From positions 1,059-65,058 of the forward strand of contig PDZT01000003.1 in the NCBI GenBank assembly GCA_002753105.1: DNA of 64,000 bases, written 5' to 3'. The DNA is from Deltaproteobacteria bacterium YD0425bin50 (GTDB lineage Bacteria > Desulfobacterota > Desulfobacteria > Desulfobacterales > YD0425bin50). Positions 39,927 through 48,410 of this stretch are shown here, piece by piece. The notes under the pieces are model-generated. The model did not search any database. It had not been told where the DNA came from and saw only the letters and a program-made list of their open reading frames with translations. The position numbers and the translations under genes were made by a program. Within the stretch, counting starts at the first letter, position 1. Each line of letters begins with the position of its first letter.

Positions 39927-40958
39927 CTAAAATCGAATTTCCCATTTTGCGCCACCATAAATACAACTGGATTTTTCATCATCCCCTTTGTTATTGTCTA
40001 AATAATCAATATAACCAACTTCCGGGACAATAAACACACCCGTTGCCAAATCAATTTTTGCCTGAGCATATACGCATAGCGTATCATCAGGATCGGAGCC
40101 TTTTGTATCGAGTTCATGACTCTGATAACCAGCGCCAGTTTCTACAGTCATGGTATCCGTTGCTTTGAATCCAAATACGCCGGCCACACCGTAAGAATTA
40201 CAATCTTTAACATCATCATTAACTACAACAGCGGATCTGGCACCTTTTCCTGATAAACCAAATTGATCCGCATTCGTTGAAAAATAGGCGGTACCTTTAA
40301 TATAAGCCGGGCCTGTCTTTAATTCAAGATGAGACCCAACAAGAAAAGCATTTACATCTAGATCTTTTTTGGGGGTTTCAATGGAATAATATTGATAGCC
40401 TAAAAATGGAATAACTTTTAAATTATTGACTGCCAATTCATAGCAGGCTTCAAGTTTAGGGAATAAGCTATCCACATCTCCTTTAGTTCCTAAATCAGAT
40501 GATTTGGGTTTAATCAGAGCAATTTTTGCTCCGGACATGGAAACTTGTAACATGGGTTGTCTGCCAATATAAGCCTGACCATAATTCAAAAGCCCATCAT
40601 CATCATTATATGCTTGACTACTTATAGCATAATATGAGGGTGTGTAATCCTGACCAACTTTGAGCTCTCCAGCACCGAAATTCCATGTACCAAATAATCT
40701 TCTCAGATTTGGAGCACTTCCATATTCAAAACAACCACCTATGTTGTCATTTTTTGCAGTAGCTCCGATACGGGCATTGGATTGTAAATCCCATCTTGTA
40801 CTTGCATCATGTTTGTCGTTTATTTTTTCATCTTGATAAAAAGTTGTCATTCGAGCATGACCATAAAATTTCCATTCTGCTGCCATTGAAGTACTAACCC
40901 ATAATAAAGCAATGAAACCTATTGTCACAATCCAGAGTAAATGTTTTGGATTTTTCAT
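39927..40958 (-). CDS. Outer-membrane porin
   Basis: Signal peptide; alternating beta strands; C-terminal GAKWEIRF ending in Phe. Confidence 0.85.
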   Translation of the reverse strand: MKNPKHLLWIVTIGFIALLWVSTSMAAEWKFYGHARMTTFYQDEKINDKHDASTRWDLQSNARIGATAKNDNIGGCFEYGSAPNLRRLFGTWNFGAGELKVGQDYTPSYYAISSQAYNDDDGLLNYGQAYIGRQPMLQVSMSGAKIALIKPKSSDLGTKGDVDSLFPKLEACYELAVNNLKVIPFLGYQYYSIETPKKDLDVNAFLVGSHLELKTGPAYIKGTAYFSTNADQFGLSGKGARSAVVVNDDVKDCNSYGVAGVFGFKATDTMTVETGAGYQSHELDTKGSDPDDTLCVYAQAKIDLATGVFIVPEVGYIDYLDNNKGDDEKSSCIYGGAKWEIRF

Positions 40959-41274
40959 TATAATTTTGCTCCTCTTTTTTGTTGTAAACTCAAAAATCAT
41001 TACATGATAAGAAATTGATATTTATTTACTCTTACCTTGCCATAGCAAAATCTACTACCTTATTCTTTTTTCACCTCCTTTCTAAACTTGTCCTCGAATA
41101 ATCAAAAGCACAACCATTTGACTTTCTGTCTAAAATTCCTTATTAAAAAAGTATTATTAACATAATCATTATTTTTTTTCAATAACATTTTAATAAGTTA
41201 CATTAATCAACGTATCATTTTCCCAGCGTGTAACCCAGACTGGGAAAAGGGTTTCTCTGTTTTAGCAGTTTCCT

Positions 41275-44200
41275 TTATTTGAGATAATATTGCGTGAGCA
41301 ACGGGAAATCATCCTTGTGTTGCAGGAGCACTTGTTCCATTCTGTCAAAAAATTCAGTACTAGGAATTTTGTCCTGTTCGTGGTCGAATTCTAGCTGTGC
41401 CTGCATTGCTTCCTGAGCTGAGCTGGTATTGCCGTTTTTAAAATCTACCATTTCAGGGCACCATTCTGTCGAATCAATAAATTTACTGACCTCATCAATT
41501 AATTTAAAAAAAATATCATTATCAGGGGTAAATGAATTATCTCCTGAGGTAACAATTTTTTGCATCATCCATAGTTTATCTGTTTTATACCCATCTTTTC
41601 CATAAACGCGGATAATATCGAGTGAATCTACAGATTGAAGAATACCCGCCTCTACATTATCAACCCGGCCATCTTCTCGGTGCACAACGCATCCCCGGGC
41701 ACTATCAAGATACGGCTGACTGTCTATGCCCTGTGAAGCCAGATATTCCTGCAGCTTATTTCCGCTTTGGGATTCAAACACGTCTTCCCCTTCTTTTTCT
41801 CTGCCAGAATCATGAAATGCCACAGCTCGATATAAAGCATACGTATCCACTTGTATCCCTTTTTCTTGCAGCATATTGACAAGCGCATTAGTATAAATAA
41901 GGGCACGGCAAATATGCCGACGGCCGTGAGTCCCGTCCAGTTCAGTATGCAGCGTTCTTTGTGTCTGATATACATCCAAAATATTAGGAAGCTCTCTCCG
42001 AAACCCTTCAAAAGACTTATCAACAGGTTTTCCCGGATCCGGAAATGGAGCTTGAATAAATTCAGTTTTTGTTGAGTAAAGCTCAAGGGGTGCGTTTAAT
42101 GCCGTTGCTAATTTTTGCGCACGCTCAAGGTCTCCGGGCTGGAGTTCATCCTCACATATATGCAATGCTTTAATATCTTTAGTTAAATCAATTCCGCCAA
42201 ACACTTGCCCCTCGACATATTCGCTGATATTCGTTGAAAGTGTCTGATCTTTTTTGGCCTGCTCACTAATGTCATCAATCATGCCCCGTTGCATATCTCC
42301 GATTACATTTCCCAATCGATTGAATGAAGTTGCATACTGCGGCCCCGTACTTTCAAGAACAAAAGATTCCCAGATAACATTCATCAGGCGTTCATTATCT
42401 ACTTGATATTGTGGACTTGTTGGCAATGATTTAAGGCCTGAGTTGGGTAACAGCTCAGGGAGTAGCATGACATATTCGCTATCTGGTGGCCTACCTATTG
42501 TAAATTCCTGCCCCTTCATTCCGCTAAAATGGTGAAGAAGCCTCGCCTTGTTTTCCTCATTAAGCATTTGTTTCATTTCAGGGCCTGCGCTCTGTAAAAA
42601 AGTGTCAAGTTTAGTGCTGAAATTTTCAAGAGTTTTATCGCTGATCATATGCCGGAATGAAGAAAATGAAGCCTGCGGTAAATAAGCTACACGCTCTTGT
42701 TTTACGTTATCTTTCAGCGCAACATAACTCCGGCCGTAGCTCGGTGCAGAGCCTTCCTTCATTCTGCCAACATTAAGCGCACCGGATAACGGAAAAAATG
42801 AAGGGCTATCAGGTCTGCCATCTACTTCTTTTAGAGTTGGATAACGGGTTTCTTCAACAAACTGACGGTGGTCATTATAGGTTTTTTTGCTTTCTGTCTG
42901 AGCTGTTAGTTGAGCAAGCTCAAAGGTATTTTTTAATTTCAGGTTTTCAGGAATGAGATTGCCATGTTTGTCAAAAAATGGCGAATCTTTTCCGCATAAC
43001 GTTTGGGTACCGAGATTAAGCGTAAAATCAGCATCCTGTAACACTTTTAAAAATTGCTGGGCGGTAACGCCTTGTTTTGATACTTTTGTTTCAGCTCTTG
43101 GGTCAAACCTTACTGAAGTATCTGCACCTTTCAGATATTCATCACTCTGAAACGACAATTCTTGTTTTGAAGCAGTTTTTTCAATATCTGCAAGCACATG
43201 CAGATGCGCTGTTTTTAAATCATCCGGCTTTGCAGGCTTGGTTTCGGAGTCTGGAATAACAGCTCGTTGTGCAACTTCCATATTGATCATGCCCTCGATG
43301 GTATTTAAGTCGCCGAGAAGATTATCTGATAGAAAACTATTTTCGCCGGCAAGCTGCAGACGGAGATCAAGCATCTGGTGAGAAAGCGTGCCACGATAGA
43401 GTGACAGTAGATCGCTGTTTTTCATTTCTCCTAAAGAATGGGCTAAAGCGCCCTGCAATAGATTATCGAAACGGCCTTGATCTTCAGCTTTGTAAGAATA
43501 ACCAGAGTGATTTCGCAGTTCTTCAAGTGAGCTTTTCAGTGCTTTCATACTTTCAGGGTCGTTGGGTTTGTTTATAGCGTCAAGAACTTTACTGGACACG
43601 ATATTAATTGCAGACTGCATGATCGCATCTGTTCGGCTTTGCATGGCTTTACTGATCGTTTCACGATTTTCCGGTAAAATAGAATCAGGCGAATCAAAGC
43701 GGATCGGTTTTTCCACTGGGATATCCATAGCTCGGCTTTGCATTTCTCTTGAAACCGCCTGCTTTAGTTCCATAATGTGTGCCCCTGCATAAGCCAGATC
43801 AGTCTGGGCAAGCTTTCTAAATGCGCAAACTCCAGGATCATGTTGATTACTCACCGATATGCCAGCAATAAGATTCTGCATTTCATGCGAACCCAAATTT
43901 TCATGAAGACGTAAAAGCTGTTCGTTATTCAGGTCTTTCAGCGGTACTGCCATTGCTTCTGTTGATAACGCTTCCGGCTTTCCTTTTTCAGTTTTAATGC
44001 TAAGATTCAGGGAGATGGCATCCATAACTACTGATGATTTATCAACCACCTTACGGGATAAATCTGCAACCATCGAATTCAGCGCATCCCCAGAATTAGA
44101 AATGGTTTCAGGCCGATTCGGTACTTTACCTGAACGAACTTCGGCAATATCTGTAACAAAATCGCTAATCATTTGCTGGGCAAAGGCTTTTGCTTCAGTT

Positions 44201-44751
44201 GGCGATGAAAAAGCGTTTACATCGGATGAGTTTCCGCCGCCATAACCCAATTTTTCAAAAAGCTTATCCTTAAACGCACCCAAATCCTTCGCGTTGATAT
44301 CTGAAAGATCAACATCATGCCTGACTGAACATTCAGTCTTTGCACCATCCAGCAACCCCTCAAAATCAACAGAATGCGACAGCATCCGGTTCGAAGCCAA
44401 AATTTCACTTTTAGGTCGCATCTGATCTGCTGAGGTTTTGGTCATTACTTCTGATATTACACGACCTGTCAAAGCTGAACCATCCTGTAGTTTTTTGTTC
44501 AGTAACTGACCAGCCATATTGCCGACCTGTTCTCCGTATTCTTCACGCATGGTGCGGATAAATGACTGCATCACTGCACGATTATCTTCAGCGAGTTTAG
44601 CGCCAGAAAATGTCTTCATCCAGCCAACCTTCATGGCACCGAAAAAAGGTTTATTTCCATAGACGGTAAGATGTTCTTGATTTCCTGCATCCAGACGTAA
44701 TTGTCCGCCTGTCTGTGCCACCTGTTTAAAGGAGTCAATCGTTAAGGGCAT
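41275..44751 (-). CDS. Putative secreted effector: shared N-terminal domain + DUF3626-like + HD-like domain
   Basis: N-terminus aligns with 48411 and 46883 proteins; GALN...SAPSYGRSYVALK...EYVEGQVFGGIDL; HGRRHICR...FHDSGR...DSLDIIRV. Confidence 0.7.
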   Translation of the reverse strand: MPLTIDSFKQVAQTGGQLRLDAGNQEHLTVYGNKPFFGAMKVGWMKTFSGAKLAEDNRAVMQSFIRTMREEYGEQVGNMAGQLLNKKLQDGSALTGRVISEVMTKTSADQMRPKSEILASNRMLSHSVDFEGLLDGAKTECSVRHDVDLSDINAKDLGAFKDKLFEKLGYGGGNSSDVNAFSSPTEAKAFAQQMISDFVTDIAEVRSGKVPNRPETISNSGDALNSMVADLSRKVVDKSSVVMDAISLNLSIKTEKGKPEALSTEAMAVPLKDLNNEQLLRLHENLGSHEMQNLIAGISVSNQHDPGVCAFRKLAQTDLAYAGAHIMELKQAVSREMQSRAMDIPVEKPIRFDSPDSILPENRETISKAMQSRTDAIMQSAINIVSSKVLDAINKPNDPESMKALKSSLEELRNHSGYSYKAEDQGRFDNLLQGALAHSLGEMKNSDLLSLYRGTLSHQMLDLRLQLAGENSFLSDNLLGDLNTIEGMINMEVAQRAVIPDSETKPAKPDDLKTAHLHVLADIEKTASKQELSFQSDEYLKGADTSVRFDPRAETKVSKQGVTAQQFLKVLQDADFTLNLGTQTLCGKDSPFFDKHGNLIPENLKLKNTFELAQLTAQTESKKTYNDHRQFVEETRYPTLKEVDGRPDSPSFFPLSGALNVGRMKEGSAPSYGRSYVALKDNVKQERVAYLPQASFSSFRHMISDKTLENFSTKLDTFLQSAGPEMKQMLNEENKARLLHHFSGMKGQEFTIGRPPDSEYVMLLPELLPNSGLKSLPTSPQYQVDNERLMNVIWESFVLESTGPQYATSFNRLGNVIGDMQRGMIDDISEQAKKDQTLSTNISEYVEGQVFGGIDLTKDIKALHICEDELQPGDLERAQKLATALNAPLELYSTKTEFIQAPFPDPGKPVDKSFEGFRRELPNILDVYQTQRTLHTELDGTHGRRHICRALIYTNALVNMLQEKGIQVDTYALYRAVAFHDSGREKEGEDVFESQSGNKLQEYLASQGIDSQPYLDSARGCVVHREDGRVDNVEAGILQSVDSLDIIRVYGKDGYKTDKLWMMQKIVTSGDNSFTPDNDIFFKLIDEVSKFIDSTEWCPEMVDFKNGNTSSAQEAMQAQLEFDHEQDKIPSTEFFDRMEQVLLQHKDDFPLLTQYYLK

Positions 44752-44778
44752 AATTATTTCCTTTATTTCCTAAGTATA

Positions 44779-46410
44779 TTAATGTGGGTTAACTGCAAGT
44801 AAATTATTTTTTATAAGCCAGAGCAGTGTAACCATAAATTTGTCTTGTGTTGTAGCTGTTTTTTTCATTAAAACACCAACCTGTTGAGTACATTGGGCAT
44901 CTGCAAGAAGTTGGAAAACGAGATATGTATCAAGCTTTCCATCATGCATTTTGTAAACAAATGGATCTTCAATGGCTTCGGCCACCATCTTTCCGCGCTC
45001 TGTAATAACAACAAAATCCGTTTCAGATATGATATGACTTGCATAATGTCCAAAGACATTAAAATAGCCAAGAAATCCATGAGAAACGCTCGATCTGTTC
45101 CATGGAATTGTCTCGGCATGAAGCTTCAATTCACGCCATAGTTCACGATACTGCCGTATAACATGAGACCATGAAAACAATGAAAGCGCTCTGCTACGAG
45201 CATGTTCACCCATTGAATGCCGTAATTCTTGACTGGCAAGAAGCCGTTTAAGACGGTCAATCATTACTCCCACATCCACAGCCACGGATTGTGAAATGGA
45301 AAACAACGCTTCACTTGTCTGATAAAATGCAATGGGGCTTATGCTATTGTCGCACTCAGCCCAATAGGTTGGAATTAAATATCCGCTAACACCATCTTCA
45401 ACTAAGTCCCGATATCCGCTCCAGTATGACAACACAACTGGACGCTGTGCCATCATTGCTTCGACGGGCACGATACCGAACGTCTCCTGTACATTGTCAG
45501 CAGCAGATAAAACAATGTCAGCCGCTGCATATATCTGATATTTTTGTTCAGAAGAAAAATTAAAATTAAAAAAGAGATGATCTGAAATCCCCATATTACG
45601 CGCCTGACTTACAATTGCATGCAGGTAAGTATTGTCAGCATGCGTTGAACCTGCAATCAGAAGCGCAGTATCCTTAAATTCTTCTTGTGTAATTATTTCC
45701 TTCAATGCAAGCAGCACCGGATACAGATCCATTTTGGTGAGCACGGATATCCTGCCGGGGCAAACGATGAGCCTACGGTTTATGGGAAGATTGAGCGCAT
45801 CTCTTGCAGATTTTTTGTCTATTGTCAAAAAATCCTGCGGTTCAACCCCCAAAGGTATAACATCCAGTCTTCCCCAGTATGAAAAATTTCCCCCCTTAGT
45901 ATCACCCGCATTTGCCCGCAGCATGACTTGAGAAAAAATATGTTCCATTGCTTTTTTCCCGCTTTGGCTCGTACATATAATACTGTCGCAAGGCAGATGA
46001 GGGGACACCATAATATTTTGAAAATTGTCCATAGCAGGTTCCATGCTTAGACTGTGAGTAACCCCAGTAACTGGAAAAAGAATATTCGAGTAGCAACGTC
46101 TCAAATAGCACAAGTTTGCAATATAGGGATCAGAAGCATGAAAAACATCATATTCCAAGCGGCTAAGGCATCCCGGAAGTTCTCGAATACGAAATGCCTT
46201 CATTTTTACAGGGTGATCGAGAGTATCAAGGAAAGTCTGATATGTATCGCAGAATTCATGCAGTTTCTGATCATTCAGAAAAAAATGATACTCGTCAAAT
46301 TCACCATAGCGTAGCAGCGCATGTAAAAAACCTCTGGAAGCTACCCGCATGCCATAAATAATCTGATGGCTGTCATCATGATAATTGATTACACTTCCGT
46401 ATATTGACAT
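44779..46410 (-). CDS. GT4-family (GT-B) glycosyltransferase
   Basis: VIPLGV; GRIS..TK; DNVQETFGIVPVEAM...PVVLSYWSGYRDLV; FSW. Confidence 0.88.
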   Translation of the reverse strand: MSIYGSVINYHDDSHQIIYGMRVASRGFLHALLRYGEFDEYHFFLNDQKLHEFCDTYQTFLDTLDHPVKMKAFRIRELPGCLSRLEYDVFHASDPYIANLCYLRRCYSNILFPVTGVTHSLSMEPAMDNFQNIMVSPHLPCDSIICTSQSGKKAMEHIFSQVMLRANAGDTKGGNFSYWGRLDVIPLGVEPQDFLTIDKKSARDALNLPINRRLIVCPGRISVLTKMDLYPVLLALKEIITQEEFKDTALLIAGSTHADNTYLHAIVSQARNMGISDHLFFNFNFSSEQKYQIYAAADIVLSAADNVQETFGIVPVEAMMAQRPVVLSYWSGYRDLVEDGVSGYLIPTYWAECDNSISPIAFYQTSEALFSISQSVAVDVGVMIDRLKRLLASQELRHSMGEHARSRALSLFSWSHVIRQYRELWRELKLHAETIPWNRSSVSHGFLGYFNVFGHYASHIISETDFVVITERGKMVAEAIEDPFVYKMHDGKLDTYLVFQLLADAQCTQQVGVLMKKTATTQDKFMVTLLWLIKNNLLAVNPH

Positions 46411-46463
46411 AGGTAGGTCTCGCAAAAAATATTAGGGTTCCGTGACAGAGAATTTATGGATTC

Positions 46464-46607
46464 GATCATCGTTTCGGCCAGTTGTCCTGAACACGATTAA
46501 AGGATTTAAGGATAGACAGGATTTAAGAACTTGCTAATCATAGCAATCATGTAATCATATAAATCGTGTTCAGACAATTAACAAATGGCATCAACAATGA
46601 TAAGGCC
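46464..46607. repeat. Family B composite palindromic element
   Basis: GATCATCGTTTCGGCC + TTGTCCTGAACACGATT...AATCGTGTTCAGACAA; near-identical to 53571-53724. Confidence 0.8.
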
Positions 46608-46622
46608 AAAAGCCAACATATA

Positions 46623-46883
46623 TCAAGATGTTGGATACAGCCATTCTCTTACTTTTTGAATTTCTTCCTCAGTTATCTTTCGTCCATCATCATGAAAGCC
46701 AATCGGGTAGGTGAATTTATCGCTTTCTTCTTGCCTTTTATGTTCTCTGGAGGGCTGTTTTTGAACTTCTTCCAGATATTCGCTTTCAGTAATGGGTATT
46801 TCCTCAATGCTGCCATCTTCAAAACACCTCACTTTAATATAGTCTGTTTCGGTTTGATACACTTTTTCAGCCATGACGATCAT
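46623..46883 (-). CDS. Small acidic hypothetical protein coupled to the ART gene
   Basis: Start overlaps the ART stop codon at 46883; GGAGG RBS lies within the ART 3' end. Confidence 0.6.
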   Translation of the reverse strand: MIVMAEKVYQTETDYIKVRCFEDGSIEEIPITESEYLEEVQKQPSREHKRQEESDKFTYPIGFHDDGRKITEEEIQKVREWLYPTS

Positions 46884-47899
46884 TATTCAACCTCCCTCAT
46901 TTTTATGACAAGAAAACCACTCTGATTCGTAAATCGGTCTGTCACTTCAAATTTAGTTAGGGGCTTGTACAACACTTCTTCTTCATCTTTAAATGCAGAA
47001 AGGCCTGAAACATCTTTACCATGCCGTCCTTCAATAATAAGAACTGGCTGTCTCATGTTTTCAGGATTATCGCCTTTCTTTTCCGCATGTTCCCACTTAT
47101 GAGTACTTGTAAAAGCAAGCTCAGTTACAACCGATCCTTTTTGATATTGATCTAAAAATGGGCCGGGTTTGACAGTTCTATAACACAAGCCTCCTTTATC
47201 TGTAAAATCTGGAAGCTTTTCCATCCCAGTGGCTGCTGCTTTTATTGCTGGTCGGAGATAGTCATAGTTTGTATCTTCAGGATTCCGTAAAGCACTGTTC
47301 ATGAAATTAAAACCAATACGAGTTTGACTCGTGGTATAGGAATAAATTGATGCCAGTTCACCTTTGTTTAAAGATGACACATCCATCTTATTCGATCTAG
47401 CATTGAGTTCTGCATCGAAATAAAAAATCGCACCGTGTCCCAATGATAGTTGAACATCACGCTCCATTGGGGGTTTCTGTTGTAGTTTAGGCTTTGGTTC
47501 AATTTTGGTCTCGGTTTTCACTTCTACCTGCTCTACATGCTCTGTCTGCTTTTGCGGAGGAAGAGATTTTGCCTTCAACTGTTCTGCTAAATCAATGACT
47601 TCATGAATTCTTCGGCCGGTCAACGGTTTACCTTTGTCCAGATGGGAAGCCAATCCTGCTGTAGCCATATCTCCAACATCAGGATACGCATCCTTAACCC
47701 GAGAAACAAATTCCCGAACTGTTTCTTTATTTGCTTTGACTTCAGAGTTACTGCGGGTTAGCCAGTTCCATAACTTGCCTAAAGCACTAGAGGGTTGGGA
47801 ACTAGATGCTTTTACTTCATCATTCATTGAATCGTATTGAACACGAGCTGCACCAGTAAATGCACTGAAATCTTTTAATGCTTCCATTTCATGTCCCAT
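46883..47899 (-). CDS. Putative secreted R-S-E class ADP-ribosyltransferase
   Basis: IYSYT...MNSALR; CYRTV (R); FTSTH (STS-like); GKDVSGLSAFKDEEEVL (ExE); shared effector N-terminus. Confidence 0.85.
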   Translation of the reverse strand: MGHEMEALKDFSAFTGAARVQYDSMNDEVKASSSQPSSALGKLWNWLTRSNSEVKANKETVREFVSRVKDAYPDVGDMATAGLASHLDKGKPLTGRRIHEVIDLAEQLKAKSLPPQKQTEHVEQVEVKTETKIEPKPKLQQKPPMERDVQLSLGHGAIFYFDAELNARSNKMDVSSLNKGELASIYSYTTSQTRIGFNFMNSALRNPEDTNYDYLRPAIKAAATGMEKLPDFTDKGGLCYRTVKPGPFLDQYQKGSVVTELAFTSTHKWEHAEKKGDNPENMRQPVLIIEGRHGKDVSGLSAFKDEEEVLYKPLTKFEVTDRFTNQSGFLVIKMREVE

Positions 47900-47922
47900 C
47901 AGACGTCTCCTTTGTTATCCTA

Positions 47923-48390
47923 TTAAACCATTACGCCATGCAGGGGTAATGTTGAGGAATCAGTAATAACATCTTGAGTCCCTTTCTGCGTTATTTCGAC
48001 AATTCGATGAATCCATATCTCGGCTGTATTGATAAATGTTTGCAGCATCGTAAGAAAATGATGAAAATCCATCAAACCAAGCGGTTGTTTATACGCCATA
48101 AGAATCGTTTTATGTTCGGAATTGATACCTAATGTGGCTCCACCAGTGCCGCTCCAAAAATAATTGGCTTCCAGCACTGCCTTAAATATCTCGGTTTGTG
48201 TATAGTCGTCATAACAGCCTACTTCACAGTAAACCGTAACAAAATCGCTATCCGGATCACGGAAGAGCGTTATCAACAATGTTTCATCAATTTTTAAAAA
48301 GCAGTATTCATCCTCATCTATGCTGAGATTAGGAATACCTATGGAATTCCCCAACTCAGCAATCAAGTTCATAAAATTTTCCTTTGCCAT
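47923..48390 (-). CDS. CesT/SycE-type type III secretion chaperone
   Basis: 155 aa, acidic; LSIDEDEYCFLKID; LEANYFWSGTGGATLG; C-terminal amphipathic FINTAEIW. Confidence 0.88.
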   Translation of the reverse strand: MAKENFMNLIAELGNSIGIPNLSIDEDEYCFLKIDETLLITLFRDPDSDFVTVYCEVGCYDDYTQTEIFKAVLEANYFWSGTGGATLGINSEHKTILMAYKQPLGLMDFHHFLTMLQTFINTAEIWIHRIVEITQKGTQDVITDSSTLPLHGVMV

Positions 48391-48410
48391 AGAACGCTTC
48401 TCCTTATACC

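Noticed and set aside
46566-46925. 119-aa plus-strand ORF
   Set aside because: Antisense to the RBS-supported 86-aa ORF and starts within a repeat element
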